Assembly: GCA_009779295.1 (NCBI GenBank)
Contig: WREN01000001.1
Location: 1-50,662, forward strand
Length of the DNA stretch: 50,662 nt
From: Oscillospiraceae bacterium
GTDB taxonomy: Bacteria > Bacillota > Clostridia > Oscillospirales > CAG-272
Reading direction: 5' to 3'
The notes under the pieces were generated by a model that had not been told where the DNA came from, did no database searches, and saw only the letters and a program-made list of their open reading frames with translations. Positions 1-9,437 of the stretch are shown here, piece by piece. A program made the position numbers and the translations under genes. Positions within the stretch are counted from its first letter, which is position 1. Every line of letters starts with the position of its first letter.

Positions 1-223
1 AAGCCTCGTCAAGAATTTTTCTAACTTCCTCGTCGTCGTTCGTTCCATAGATACCGAACAGCACATCCGCGCTGACCTCGAACACGCTCGCAAGCGGCAC
101 TACCTGCGAAATATCCGCCAAGCCCGTTTCGTTTTCCCATTTCGATACCGCTTTCGAGGTGACGTTGAGTTGTTCGGCGAGTTCTTCCTGCGTGAGATTG
201 TGCTCTTTGCGCAGTTTTTTTAT
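1..223 (-). CDS. XRE-family helix-turn-helix transcriptional regulator (C-terminal end off-window; start codon unresolved)
   Basis: Not in the ORF track because the frame is open to the window edge. The reverse complement of 2..223 reads IKKLRKEHNLTQEELAEQLNVTSKAVSKWENETGLADISQVVPLASVFEVSADVLFGIYGTNDDEEVRKILDEA, a classic HTH_3 pattern. A minus-strand GGGAGGG at 230-236 lies 6 nt upstream of codon 221-223. Confidence 0.6.
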   Translation of the reverse strand, partial: MKKLRKEHNLTQEELAEQLNVTSKAVSKWENETGLADISQVVPLASVFEVSADVLFGIYGTNDDEEVRKILDEA

Positions 224-409
224 CGTTTGCCCTCCCGTATAGTATAATAAAGACAAAGCCGAAAAAGACCATAAAACAAGGGAATTCGGGGATGTAGGTA
301 TCCTTTTCCAGAACGATACCAAACACTATACGGGGCGGTTTGCCAGCTAAAAATATCGAACGAGAAATATTAAGGCTAAAATTTTGCCCCATGATAAGGA
401 GGAAAACAT

Positions 410-1195
410 ATGGGCAAAGTAATAGTCATAGCAAACAGAAAGGGCGGATGCGGAAAGAGCATGACCACCGCAAGCCTCGGCGTCGGGCTTGCCCGCCAGG
501 GCAAAAAAACACTCATCATCGATGCGGACAGCCAGCACTCGTTCACCATCAGCATGGGCATAGCGGAACCGGACAAACTGCCGGTAACACTCGCAACGGT
601 CATGTCGGACGTCATCAGCGAAAAAGCGATAGACCCCAACGCAGGAATAATCCATCACGCAGAGGGCGCAGACATCATGCCCTCGAACAACAGCCTCGCG
701 GGTATGGAACTCGCGCTCGCGCCGCTCATCGGGCGCGAAACGGTACTACGGCAGTATATAGAGAAGGTACACCATTCATACGACTACTGCCTGATCGATA
801 CCGCGCCCACGCTCGACCTGTTGACAGTCAACGCGCTCGCCGCCGCGGACAGCGTGATCATTCCGGTAACGCCGAATTATCTCGACGCGAAAGGGTTAGA
901 GCTATTACTAAAGAGTATAGCACAAATCCGCAGAAATATCAACCCGAAACTTGAAATAAGCGGTATTTTGCTAACGATGGTAAACCGCAGGACGAACTTC
1001 ACTAAGGAGATAATCACACTCGTCGAAAACACCTACGGCGGCAGAATCCGTATATTCGGCGAACATATCCCCCACTCCGTTCGGGCAGCCGAATCGACGG
1101 CGAAGGGTATCAGCATCTTCACCCACGACCCGAACGGAAAGGTAGCGGCTGCGTATGCCGCTCTCGTAAGCGAGGTGATTTCCGATGCCGCGTAA
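410..1195 (+). CDS. parA: ParA/Soj-family partition ATPase
   Basis: Deviant Walker A NRKGGCGKSMT followed by LIIDADSQ. AAGGAGG lies 10 nt upstream of the ATG. Confidence 0.9.
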   Translation: MGKVIVIANRKGGCGKSMTTASLGVGLARQGKKTLIIDADSQHSFTISMGIAEPDKLPVTLATVMSDVISEKAIDPNAGIIHHAEGADIMPSNNSLAGMELALAPLIGRETVLRQYIEKVHHSYDYCLIDTAPTLDLLTVNALAAADSVIIPVTPNYLDAKGLELLLKSIAQIRRNINPKLEISGILLTMVNRRTNFTKEIITLVENTYGGRIRIFGEHIPHSVRAAESTAKGISIFTHDPNGKVAAAYAALVSEVISDAA

Positions 1196-2072
1196 CAAAA
1201 CAAACGGCAATCTCGCGCTCGTCGGCTACGATGATATATTCAAGAACAGTACGACCCCGTTGAACGGTGAAGCGGTTTTTGAAATACCTCTGGACGAACT
1301 AAACCCACCGGAATTTCATCCATTTCAGGTGAACGACGACGAAAGCATGAAACGTCTGACCGAAAACATCAAGCGGTACGGAGTCCGCGAACCGGGTCTG
1401 GCGCGTCCGCGAGAGGACGGTGGGTATGAATTGCTGTGCGGCAACCGGCGCAAACGCGCCTGCGAACTCGCTGGAATACCTACTATGCCGGTCATCATCC
1501 GTGAAATGGACGACGACAGCGCGGCGATAGCGATGGTGGACAGTAACCTCGAACAACGCGAGAAACTGCTATACAGCGAAAAGGCGTGGGCTTACCGCAT
1601 AAAACTGGAAGCGTTGAACCACAACGGCGTCAAGGGCGATATGCTGTCCGTGGATGTGCTGTCTGAGCAGACCGGGGAGAGTAAAAACCAGATATTCCGG
1701 CTCGTGCGGCTTACGGAACTCGTACTCGCCCTACTCGATAAGGTAGACGCGAAACAGCTTGCGTTCAACCCCGCCGTGGAGTTGTCGTACTTATCGCAGG
1801 TCGAGCAAACGGTGGCAGCTTCGGCGATGGATAAGTATGGGATCAAGCCGTCGCTGTCGCAAGCGGTACGGCTAAAAAAGATGAAGAAAGACGGAACGCT
1901 GACTATAGAAACGATTGACGCGATACTCTCCGAAGGCAAAAAACCGACGAAAGGCGAACCTGCCAGCTCGATGCGGTTTCGTAAATACTTCCCTCCTGAA
2001 TACTCACAGAAGCAAATGGATGCGGTTATCGTAGATTTGCTGAAAAACTGGAAAGCGGGGGCGACGGTATGA
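1185..2072 (+). CDS. parB: ParB/Spo0J-like partition or nuclease-domain protein
   Basis: ParB-box-like LLCGNRRKRACELAGIPTMPVIIREMDDDSAAIAMVDSNLEQRE. It overlaps the parA stop, which suggests an operon. Confidence 0.85.
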   Translation: MPRNKTNGNLALVGYDDIFKNSTTPLNGEAVFEIPLDELNPPEFHPFQVNDDESMKRLTENIKRYGVREPGLARPREDGGYELLCGNRRKRACELAGIPTMPVIIREMDDDSAAIAMVDSNLEQREKLLYSEKAWAYRIKLEALNHNGVKGDMLSVDVLSEQTGESKNQIFRLVRLTELVLALLDKVDAKQLAFNPAVELSYLSQVEQTVAASAMDKYGIKPSLSQAVRLKKMKKDGTLTIETIDAILSEGKKPTKGEPASSMRFRKYFPPEYSQKQMDAVIVDLLKNWKAGATV

Positions 2073-2554
2073 ATGAAATAAACGAAATCAAAAAGGCTTG
2101 CGAATCAATGAAAAGCGCGGTAAACACGGCGTTCGACCGGTTGATTCTGCTCCTCGGCAGCAAAGACGCAACAGGACTGCCAATGGAATATGTTTATCTC
2201 TTTACCGCGAATACACATATATTCATCGGTACAAAACCTGCCGCCGTACTGTTCGGTGAGGAACGTGCAGAGGCAGATAACTGGCGGAAGATATTTGCGG
2301 CTATTATGTCCAAATGCAACTCCGACGCCCAATGCCACGAAAATCTGATGTATCTGCTGGATAAAATCTCCGGCAGGGACAGGATATTACTCTCCCGTTC
2401 GCCCGACAGTATGAGGCGTCCCTTAAGAATTGACGAAGATATGTACGCCGAAGTCAGTTACGGGACAGCCACATTGCTCTACATACTGCGGGATAGGATA
2501 TTAGCACCCGCCAACTTCGATTACTCCGGCATTAGTATTGTTTTGAAAATATAG
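2069..2554 (+). CDS. hypothetical protein
   Basis: 161-codon ORF whose ATGA overlaps the parB stop. I recognise no motif. Confidence 0.55.
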   Translation: MNEINEIKKACESMKSAVNTAFDRLILLLGSKDATGLPMEYVYLFTANTHIFIGTKPAAVLFGEERAEADNWRKIFAAIMSKCNSDAQCHENLMYLLDKISGRDRILLSRSPDSMRRPLRIDEDMYAEVSYGTATLLYILRDRILAPANFDYSGISIVLKI

Positions 2555-2566
2555 GTGAGGCACGAT

Positions 2567-3094
2567 ATGATCTATTTCACAGCAGACCAGCACTTCGGAC
2601 ACGCGAACGTAATCCGGCATTGCACCCGTCCCTTCTCGTCGGCAAGCGAAATGGATGAAGCTCTGATTGACAACTGGAACTCCGCCGTCACCCCGAAGGA
2701 CGAAATATACATCCTCGGCGACCTCACAATGCGCCCCGCCTCGGAAGCGCACAGATACCTGAGCCGGCTGAACGGGCGCAAATACTTCATCAAGGGTAAT
2801 CATGACAGGTTTTTGAAAAGGTTTGCGCCGTATGAAAACGATTTTGAATGGGTGAAGGATTATCACATGCTTTATGTTGATAAGCAATGCTTTGTCCTGT
2901 TCCATTATCCGATATTGGAATGGGCGAACTATTACCGGGGCGCGATACATCTGTACGGCCACGTCCACAACGCACAGTCGTCCGCGAAGCTACTGGAAGG
3001 AATGAAAGGCCCGGCGTTCAACGTGGGAGTTGATGTGAACGATTACCGGCCGGTAAGCATTGATGATATAATGAAAAAGGCAAATCAAAAATAA
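2567..3094 (+). CDS. metallophosphoesterase (calcineurin-like phosphoesterase family)
   Basis: Motifs DQHFGH, GDLT, GNHD and GHVHN occur in the canonical order. AGGTGAGG lies upstream of ATG 2567, so I prefer that start over the track start at 2555. Confidence 0.85.
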   Translation: MIYFTADQHFGHANVIRHCTRPFSSASEMDEALIDNWNSAVTPKDEIYILGDLTMRPASEAHRYLSRLNGRKYFIKGNHDRFLKRFAPYENDFEWVKDYHMLYVDKQCFVLFHYPILEWANYYRGAIHLYGHVHNAQSSAKLLEGMKGPAFNVGVDVNDYRPVSIDDIMKKANQK

Positions 3095-3130
3095 ACGGCA
3101 TATTAATAATATCAATATAATACATTAAAC

Positions 3131-3175
3131 GGGGCGTCTGACCGCAATATATACGGTCTGCGCCCCATTTTTTAT
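3131..3175 (+). terminator. rho-independent terminator
   Basis: GGGGCG..GACCG (3131-3144) pairs with CGGTC..CGCCCC (3154-3166), followed by ATTTTTTAT. Confidence 0.7.
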
Positions 3176-3231
3176 GTTAATGCGGAAAAAGTCATAAATT
3201 CATGATATACTATACATCGGAGGGCAGGCAA

Positions 3232-3639
3232 ATGAATAAAAACGATCACGACTTTCAGGTCAAGGTACATACTGCAATGTACCATTTAATAAAAGAAAAA
3301 GGCGTCGCATCGCCCGCCGAGGTCTTAATGGCAGTCGGCGTACTGTCGAAATCCGATTACGAAAGATGGCGGCGCGGTCATATTGATTATCTTGAGCGCG
3401 TATGCAAAATCAACCTGAGAAAACTGTCATTCATCAATCACGAAATCCGTGTATACGCCCGAAAAAACGATCTCAAGCCGTCATGGACAGACTACCGCCG
3501 GTGGGGTAAAAGAGAAACTACCCGCCTGCGGTTTTCCAAAAGCGGCGATGAAAATATCGAAAGGCTGTACGCCACGCATTATGTGAGCCATCAAAAGGTA
3601 GAAGAAGCTAAAAATAAATCCGAAAAACAAAAAGATTAA
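3232..3639 (+). CDS. hypothetical protein
   Basis: GGAGGG lies 7 nt upstream of ATG 3232. The track start at 3202 falls inside an extended -10-like TGATATACT. No family recognised. Confidence 0.6.
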   Translation: MNKNDHDFQVKVHTAMYHLIKEKGVASPAEVLMAVGVLSKSDYERWRRGHIDYLERVCKINLRKLSFINHEIRVYARKNDLKPSWTDYRRWGKRETTRLRFSKSGDENIERLYATHYVSHQKVEEAKNKSEKQKD

Positions 3640-3659
3640 TTTAACCATATAGAAAACAC

Positions 3660-3705
3660 AGCCCCCGGCTATCGATTTTTCGGAAACAGCCGGGGGCTTT
3701 TTTAT
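3660..3705 (+). terminator. rho-independent terminator
   Basis: GCCCCCGGCT (3661-3670) pairs with AGCCGGGGGC (3688-3697), followed by a T-run. Confidence 0.85.
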
Positions 3706-3732
3706 GTTCAAAACACAACGGAGGACAAATCA

Positions 3733-3948
3733 ATGGGAAAGACGATAAGAAAAAACAACGTGAGATCAATCGACAAATGGCGCGGTTATTACCTTGAAGA
3801 TTGCGATTGCTCCCTATGTAAGCATTTTGCCGGCCATAAACGCGGCTGCAGATTGGAAAAATGTATTTGCGAAGATGAAAAATGCGACGCGGTAACGAGC
3901 GGCAGGGTCAAACGGAAAAGGAGGCGGAACAGGGCTTGGGATGGGTAA
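3733..3948 (+). CDS. small cysteine-rich basic protein (conserved ICE protein of unknown function)
   Basis: 71 aa with CDCSLCKH...GCRLEKCICEDEKC and a KRKRRRNR tail. It precedes and overlaps the Toprim gene. Confidence 0.6.
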   Translation: MGKTIRKNNVRSIDKWRGYYLEDCDCSLCKHFAGHKRGCRLEKCICEDEKCDAVTSGRVKRKRRRNRAWDG

Positions 3949-4889
3949 CGAAGGAGCAGATAGAGCGCGCGCGGCAGGTCAGCGTCCTCGATTATGTACT
4001 GCGGTATGAAAGCGGTAATATCAAGCGCGTGGGAAACGAATACCGACTGCGCGACCACGAATCGCTTGCTATTGGTGAAAAAGGTTTTTACTGGCACAGC
4101 CGTGAGATCGGTGGGAAAACGGCGCTCGATTACCTCGTCAACGTGCGCGGGTACGGACTTGCCGATGCGGTCTGCCTGCTCATACACGAACATCCGCATG
4201 ATATAGAACATTCAAGCAAACCGGAAACCCCATATAACCACAGTGTATCGACTCTTGAACGTCTGCTACTCGTTCTGCCGCGCCGAAACACAAACAACAA
4301 CCGTGTGATAGCATATCTACAGAGCCGCGGAATAGACAAAGGGGTAATATTGGATTGCATTGAACGCGGCGACCTGTACGAATCGGCAAATTTCCACGAC
4401 TGCGTGTTCAAGGGCAAGGACGAAATCGGCAAAACCCGCTGCGCCGCCATACGCTCGACGACTGCGGCGTTCAAGCGCGACGCGGACGGAAGTGACAAAA
4501 AGTACAGTTTCATACTTCCGCCCGAAGTGCCTGATAGTAATATCGTAGCCGTATTTGAATCAGGTATAGACTGTCTTTCCCATCAGACGCTATGCAAACA
4601 GGGATATATCCCGCAATTCGGCGGCTGGCGGCTGTCACTCGGCGGCACGAGCGTACTGGGATTGGAATATTTCCTCGAACTCCATCCGCAAATCATCCAT
4701 TGCCTCGCCTGCACAGACAACGACGAGGCGGGCAACCATGCAGCGGATCGGATAATGGAACTGCCCGGTATTACAACCGAACGCATACCGCCTGTCAATG
4801 GCTGCGATTGGAACGATACGCTCATGGCGGCACAAAAAGCGGAACGGACACAAAACAAGGCTCGGCATAGCAACGAGCCATATATATAA
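3936..4889 (+). CDS. DUF3991/Toprim domain protein (primase-like)
   Basis: Toprim-like VAVFESGIDCLS (acidic E) and LACTDNDEAGNHAADRI (DxD). The N-terminal GGKTALDYLVNVRG matches DUF3991-type proteins. The start is uncertain: TTG 3936 is in frame, and the track start is 3882. Confidence 0.75.
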   Translation: MGWVTKEQIERARQVSVLDYVLRYESGNIKRVGNEYRLRDHESLAIGEKGFYWHSREIGGKTALDYLVNVRGYGLADAVCLLIHEHPHDIEHSSKPETPYNHSVSTLERLLLVLPRRNTNNNRVIAYLQSRGIDKGVILDCIERGDLYESANFHDCVFKGKDEIGKTRCAAIRSTTAAFKRDADGSDKKYSFILPPEVPDSNIVAVFESGIDCLSHQTLCKQGYIPQFGGWRLSLGGTSVLGLEYFLELHPQIIHCLACTDNDEAGNHAADRIMELPGITTERIPPVNGCDWNDTLMAAQKAERTQNKARHSNEPYI

Positions 4890-4913
4890 ATATAATAAAG
4901 GAGTGGATATATA

Positions 4914-5384
4914 TTGCAGCACGAACAGGTAAACGAGCGAACCGTGGCGCTCTCGATCAAAGGCGTGAAACTGACGGGGCGTATGCTGGCGAAAGCGATG
5001 CAGGCGTTCATGAAAAAGGCGCGCGAACCTACGCACAAACATGGCAAACAGAGCCTGAGATCATTGACGAAACACGGCGCGAGCCTTGCCGACATAGAAA
5101 TCTCCGGCGACAACATCGGTACATTCAAGCGGACGGCGCGCAAGCACAACATAGACTTCGCGCTCAAACGCGATAATTCATCCGACCCGCCGAAATGGCT
5201 GGTGTTTTTCAAAGCGAAAGACGACAAGGCTCTGCAATCAGCGTTCAACGAATATTCAAAGATAACGCTGAAGCACAAAACGAAAAAGCCGTCCATGCTT
5301 ACTAAGCTGAGAAATTTCAGGGAACTCGCTAAAAACGCGCTGACTCCCGCAAAAAGCCGCAGACGTGGAGGCCATGAACTATGA
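4914..5384 (+). CDS. PcfB-family (DUF3801) conjugation protein
   Basis: It sits immediately upstream of the coupling protein and overlaps it. WLVFFKAKDDKALQSAFNEY is typical of PcfB. Confidence 0.7.
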   Translation: MQHEQVNERTVALSIKGVKLTGRMLAKAMQAFMKKAREPTHKHGKQSLRSLTKHGASLADIEISGDNIGTFKRTARKHNIDFALKRDNSSDPPKWLVFFKAKDDKALQSAFNEYSKITLKHKTKKPSMLTKLRNFRELAKNALTPAKSRRRGGHEL

Positions 5385-7195
5385 ACACGGACAAGATAAA
5401 GAAGTTTGTACTCCCCAACCTGCCCTATGTGATGTTGTTCTGGTTTTTCGGCAAGATGGGCGAATCCTACCGCCTGACGCCGGGCAGCGACGTACTAAAA
5501 AAGATGATGGGCAGCCTTACCGGGCTAAATATCGCTATGGCAAAACCGTTGCCGTCGTTTGACCCGTTCGATATTCTTGTAGGGCTGGCAGGTACGGCAA
5601 TAGTATTTCTCTTTGTATGGTACAAGAAGAAAAACGCAAAAAAATGGCGTAAAGATATAGAGTACGGTTCTGCTCGTTTTGGCAACAAAAAAGACATCGA
5701 ACCTTTTGTTGATCCAAAGCCTGGCAACAACATCATCCTGACCGCAACGGAGAGCCTTACGCTCAACGGCAGGCCGAAAAACCCGAAATTTGCGCGCAAT
5801 AAAAACGTGCTCATCGTGGGTGGTTCCGGTTCAGGCAAGACCCGCTTTTGGCTCAAACCCAATCTCATGCAGCTTCACAGCTCGTATTGTGTTACCGATC
5901 CGAAGGGAAGCATCCTCGTCGAGTGCGGTAAACTGTTACAGGACAACCAGTACGAAATAAAAGTGCTGAATACGATTGATTTTACCAAATCAATGAGATA
6001 TAATCCGTTCGCGTATATCCGTTCGGAAAAAGACATCCTCAAACTCGTGACGGCGCTCATCCAAAACACGAAGGGCGAAGGAAAAGCCGGAGAAGATTTC
6101 TGGGTGAAGGCCGAGACCCTGCTCTACTGCGCCCTAATCGGGTATATCTATTTTGAAACGGGCGAAGAGGAACAAAACATGAACTCACTCGTGGAAATGA
6201 TAAACGCGATGGAAGTGCGCGAAGAAGATGAAATGTACAAAAACGCGGTGGATTATCTGTTTGATGAACTGGCGGCGAAAAGCCCTCAGCACTTCGCCGT
6301 AAGGCAATATGAAAAATATAAGCTGGCGGCGGGCAAAACCGCGAAATCGATCCTAATTTCATGCGGAGCGAGGCTCGCGGTGTTTGATATAAAAGAAGTA
6401 CGCGACCTGATGGCATACGATGAAATGGAACTCGACACCATCGGCGACCGCAAAACCGCTCTGTTCATCATCATAAGCGATACCGACGATACATTCTCGT
6501 TCATCGCCGCCTTGATGTACAGCCAGTTATTTAATTTACTCTGCGATAAGGCGGACAACGAATACGGCGGACGGCTGCCAGTCCACACACGTTTCCTGCT
6601 GGACGAGTTTGCAAATATCGGCAAAATTCCGCGTTTCGAGAAACTGATAGCCACCATCCGAAGCCGCGAGATTTCAGCCTGCGTCATCTTGCAGGCGCAA
6701 TCTCAGCTTAAAAGCATTTATAAGGACGACGCCGAAACGATCATAGGCAATATGGATACGGTGCTATTCCTCGGCGGCAAGGAAAAAACTACTTTGAAAG
6801 ACCTGAGTGAGAGCCTCGGAAAGGAAACCGTATATATGCTGAACAACAGCGTCAGCAAGGGTAATTCCCCGTCGTACAGTCAGAACACGCAGAAGCTCGG
6901 CAAAGAACTCATGTCCATCGACGAAATCGCCGTGATGGACGGGGCAAAGTGTATCTTGCAAGTGCGGGGCGTCAGACCGTTCCTTTCGGATAAATTCGAT
7001 ATAACTAAGCACAAGAATTACTGTTATCTTTCCGATTCAGACCCGAAAAACGCTTTTGATATAGGCAAATACGTACTGCGGAAGTTGAAAATAAAACCGG
7101 ATGAGTGGTACGAATACTTCGAGTACGAGCCAACGGAGGAAGGACTGCCGGACGAAGCGTTTGACGATTTCCCGGTAGACCTCGAACCAATTTAG
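5381..7195 (+). CDS. type IV secretion coupling protein (VirD4/TraG family)
   Basis: N-terminal TM segments, Walker A VGGSGSGKT, Walker B-like LLDEFANIG, 604 aa. Confidence 0.9.
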   Translation: MNTDKIKKFVLPNLPYVMLFWFFGKMGESYRLTPGSDVLKKMMGSLTGLNIAMAKPLPSFDPFDILVGLAGTAIVFLFVWYKKKNAKKWRKDIEYGSARFGNKKDIEPFVDPKPGNNIILTATESLTLNGRPKNPKFARNKNVLIVGGSGSGKTRFWLKPNLMQLHSSYCVTDPKGSILVECGKLLQDNQYEIKVLNTIDFTKSMRYNPFAYIRSEKDILKLVTALIQNTKGEGKAGEDFWVKAETLLYCALIGYIYFETGEEEQNMNSLVEMINAMEVREEDEMYKNAVDYLFDELAAKSPQHFAVRQYEKYKLAAGKTAKSILISCGARLAVFDIKEVRDLMAYDEMELDTIGDRKTALFIIISDTDDTFSFIAALMYSQLFNLLCDKADNEYGGRLPVHTRFLLDEFANIGKIPRFEKLIATIRSREISACVILQAQSQLKSIYKDDAETIIGNMDTVLFLGGKEKTTLKDLSESLGKETVYMLNNSVSKGNSPSYSQNTQKLGKELMSIDEIAVMDGAKCILQVRGVRPFLSDKFDITKHKNYCYLSDSDPKNAFDIGKYVLRKLKIKPDEWYEYFEYEPTEEGLPDEAFDDFPVDLEPI

Positions 7196-7215
7196 CAAAC
7201 CGTAATATCTATTAA

Positions 7216-7251
7216 GCCGCTCTCTCCAAAACGGAGGGGGCGGTTTTTTTC
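7216..7251 (+). terminator. rho-independent terminator
   Basis: GCCGCTCTCTCC (7216-7227) pairs imperfectly with GGAGGGGGCGG (7233-7243), followed by T7. Confidence 0.7.
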
Positions 7252-7300
7252 GTTTCAGTAAAAACAAAAATATATTAAAAATAACGGAGGAAAACACACC

Positions 7301-8119
7301 ATGACAGACCTTACCATCATCAAGCAAAACGGCGGCAGTTACATCGACAGCCGCGAAATCGCCGAACTAATCGGCAAACAGCACGGACATCTGCTGCGCG
7401 ATATGCGCGGGTATATTGAAATCATGACAAAAAACGGACTATCCAAAGATGGATTGTCCGATTTTTTCGTCGGGAACAGTTACATTAACGCGCAAAACAA
7501 AGAAATGCCCTGTTATTTTATCAGCAAAATGGGATGCGAATTAATCGCAAATAAACTAATCGGCGAAAAAGGAATCCTGTTCACTGTTGCATACGTCAGA
7601 AAATTTAATGATATGGAACAGAGAGAGCGCGCCGAACTGGAGGCGCGCGCGGCAATATCCACGCCGCGACTCGGCGAATACAACTCCTGCGCACGGATCG
7701 TTATCCGCGCCTTACGTGAATTGGGTGCAATGCCGGAGGACATCATCCTGTTCCTGCGGGAACTGTATAAGCCGCTGGGCATTGCCATTGCCGCCGATAC
7801 GGTAATTGATAAGGATAAAGAAACCGAGCCGCAAATACCCCGTATGTACACGGCGAAACAAATCGCGGAAAAACTCAGCGTCTACTCTCTCAACGGCAAC
7901 CCGCACCCACAGGCGGTATCCTGCATACTCAACGAAAACCTGTTTATCGGCGACGCGCATAAAATCGCCGTTACATTGGACTGCGGCGACCACATCGGCA
8001 TCAGCGTCAGGTACGACGAATACGCCGTTCAGTCGGCAATGGACTGGATAGTCGAATACGGGTTTCCCGGTGAGATATACGGTTTCGAGCGGACATATAA
8101 GGTGCGCTACGAAAAATAA
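7301..8119 (+). CDS. Rha-family phage-type regulatory protein
   Basis: The N-terminus IIKQNGGSYIDSREIAELIGKQHGHLLRDMRGYI resembles Rha (PF09669-type) regulators. Confidence 0.6.
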   Translation: MTDLTIIKQNGGSYIDSREIAELIGKQHGHLLRDMRGYIEIMTKNGLSKDGLSDFFVGNSYINAQNKEMPCYFISKMGCELIANKLIGEKGILFTVAYVRKFNDMEQRERAELEARAAISTPRLGEYNSCARIVIRALRELGAMPEDIILFLRELYKPLGIAIAADTVIDKDKETEPQIPRMYTAKQIAEKLSVYSLNGNPHPQAVSCILNENLFIGDAHKIAVTLDCGDHIGISVRYDEYAVQSAMDWIVEYGFPGEIYGFERTYKVRYEK

Positions 8120-8132
8120 CTATTGTCCAGCA

Positions 8133-8165
8133 GGGGTTTCGTAAATTACACGAAACCCTTTCATA
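8133..8165 (+). terminator. rho-independent terminator
   Basis: GGGTTTCG (8134-8141) pairs with CGAAACCC (8151-8158), followed by TTT. Confidence 0.6.
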
Positions 8166-8343
8166 TATATAAAGGCAGATAAAAACGTTATCAAAGTGCG
8201 CGGCAAAATAAAAAATAAAATAAAAAGGAGCAGCCGGAAAACTGAATACGCGCACGGACAAAAACCCGCATATCGCGGTTTTTTTGTTTGAAAAGCGTCA
8301 ACAAAGACGCGGATTCGTTCGTTTTTCCGGCAAAACACACACT

Positions 8344-8559
8344 ATGGAATTTTTCAACTCTGCGGTAGACGTACTGCAAACACTGGTCATCGCGCTCGGC
8401 GCGGGTCTCGGAATCTGGGGTGTCATCAATCTACTGGAAGGATATGGCAATGATAACCCCGGCGCGAAATCACAGGGGATGAAACAGCTAATGAGCGGCG
8501 GAGGCGTCGCGCTCATCGGCTTAGTCCTCGTACCGTTGCTTAGCGGTCTTTTCGGCTAA
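8344..8559 (+). CDS. Maff2-family small membrane protein
   Basis: MEFFNSAVDVLQTLVIALGAGLGIWGVINLLEGYGNDNPGAKSQGMKQLMSGGG is a near-canonical Maff2 sequence. ATG 8344 lies in frame within the track ORF 8284..8559. Confidence 0.85.
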   Translation: MEFFNSAVDVLQTLVIALGAGLGIWGVINLLEGYGNDNPGAKSQGMKQLMSGGGVALIGLVLVPLLSGLFG

Positions 8560-9422
8560 TGGCCGGGCTGCTCGATTCGATTGCCGACTGGTTCAGGGGG
8601 CTGTTGATCGACGGCATTACAGGCAATTTTATCGGTATGTTCAACGATATGAACGCGCGTGTCGGTGATATTGCTTCGCAGGTAGGGCAGACGCCCGCGG
8701 GCTGGAACGCGGGCATATTTGCCCTTATTCGCACCCTGTCCGAAACGGTGGTCATACCCATAGCGGGTATGATACTGACTTTCGTGCTGTGTTATGAGTT
8801 GATACACCTCATCATCGAGAAGAACAACATGCACGATTTTGACACTTTTAACTTATTCAAGTGGATATTCAAGACATTCTGTGCGGTATTTATACTGACG
8901 CACACCTTTGACATAGTGATGTTCATATTCGCCCTCGCGCAGAACGCGGTGAACAACAGCGCGGGAATAATCGCCGGCAGCCTTGATATGAACCTCGCCA
9001 TGACAGACCTCGCCGACCAACTGGCGGCGATGGGAACAGGCGAGCTAATCGGGCTGTTCTTTGAGTCGGCGATATTAAGTATCGTAATGAACGCAATCTC
9101 TATTTGTGTATTCCTTATCATATACGGAAGGATGCTGGAAATATACCTGACCATATCGGTCGCACCCATACCGCTGTCAACGATGGCAAACCGCGAATGG
9201 GGCGGTATCGGCACAGGCTACCTGAAATCGCTGTTCGCATTGGCGTTTCAGGGATTTTTGATCATGGTATGCGTTGCCATCTACGCCGTACTCCTGCAAG
9301 GTATAACGGCAGCAGGCAGCGTCCACGCGGCGATATGGGGCTGTATGGGTTATACGGTACTGCTCTGCTTCATTTTGTTCAAAACGGGCAGCATGGCGCG
9401 GTCGATATTCGGCGGACATTAA
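8559..9422 (+). CDS. VirB6/TrbL-like polytopic T4SS membrane protein
   Basis: 287 aa with about 6 hydrophobic segments. Position and N-terminus are typical of the CD1112-type family. Confidence 0.8.
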   Translation: MAGLLDSIADWFRGLLIDGITGNFIGMFNDMNARVGDIASQVGQTPAGWNAGIFALIRTLSETVVIPIAGMILTFVLCYELIHLIIEKNNMHDFDTFNLFKWIFKTFCAVFILTHTFDIVMFIFALAQNAVNNSAGIIAGSLDMNLAMTDLADQLAAMGTGELIGLFFESAILSIVMNAISICVFLIIYGRMLEIYLTISVAPIPLSTMANREWGGIGTGYLKSLFALAFQGFLIMVCVAIYAVLLQGITAAGSVHAAIWGCMGYTVLLCFILFKTGSMARSIFGGH

Positions 9423-9437
9423 AATAAAGGATTGGTG

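Noticed and set aside
21-392. Track ORF of 123 aa on the minus strand at the left edge
   Set aside because: Its translation is low-complexity and Arg/Gly-rich with no motif. A different minus-strand frame over 2..223 gives a textbook XRE HTH, so this ORF is an out-of-frame shadow.
340-954. 204-aa plus-strand ORF overlapping parA
   Set aside because: It is an extremely Arg/His/Pro-rich alternate-frame read of the well-supported ParA gene. It has no RBS logic and no motifs.
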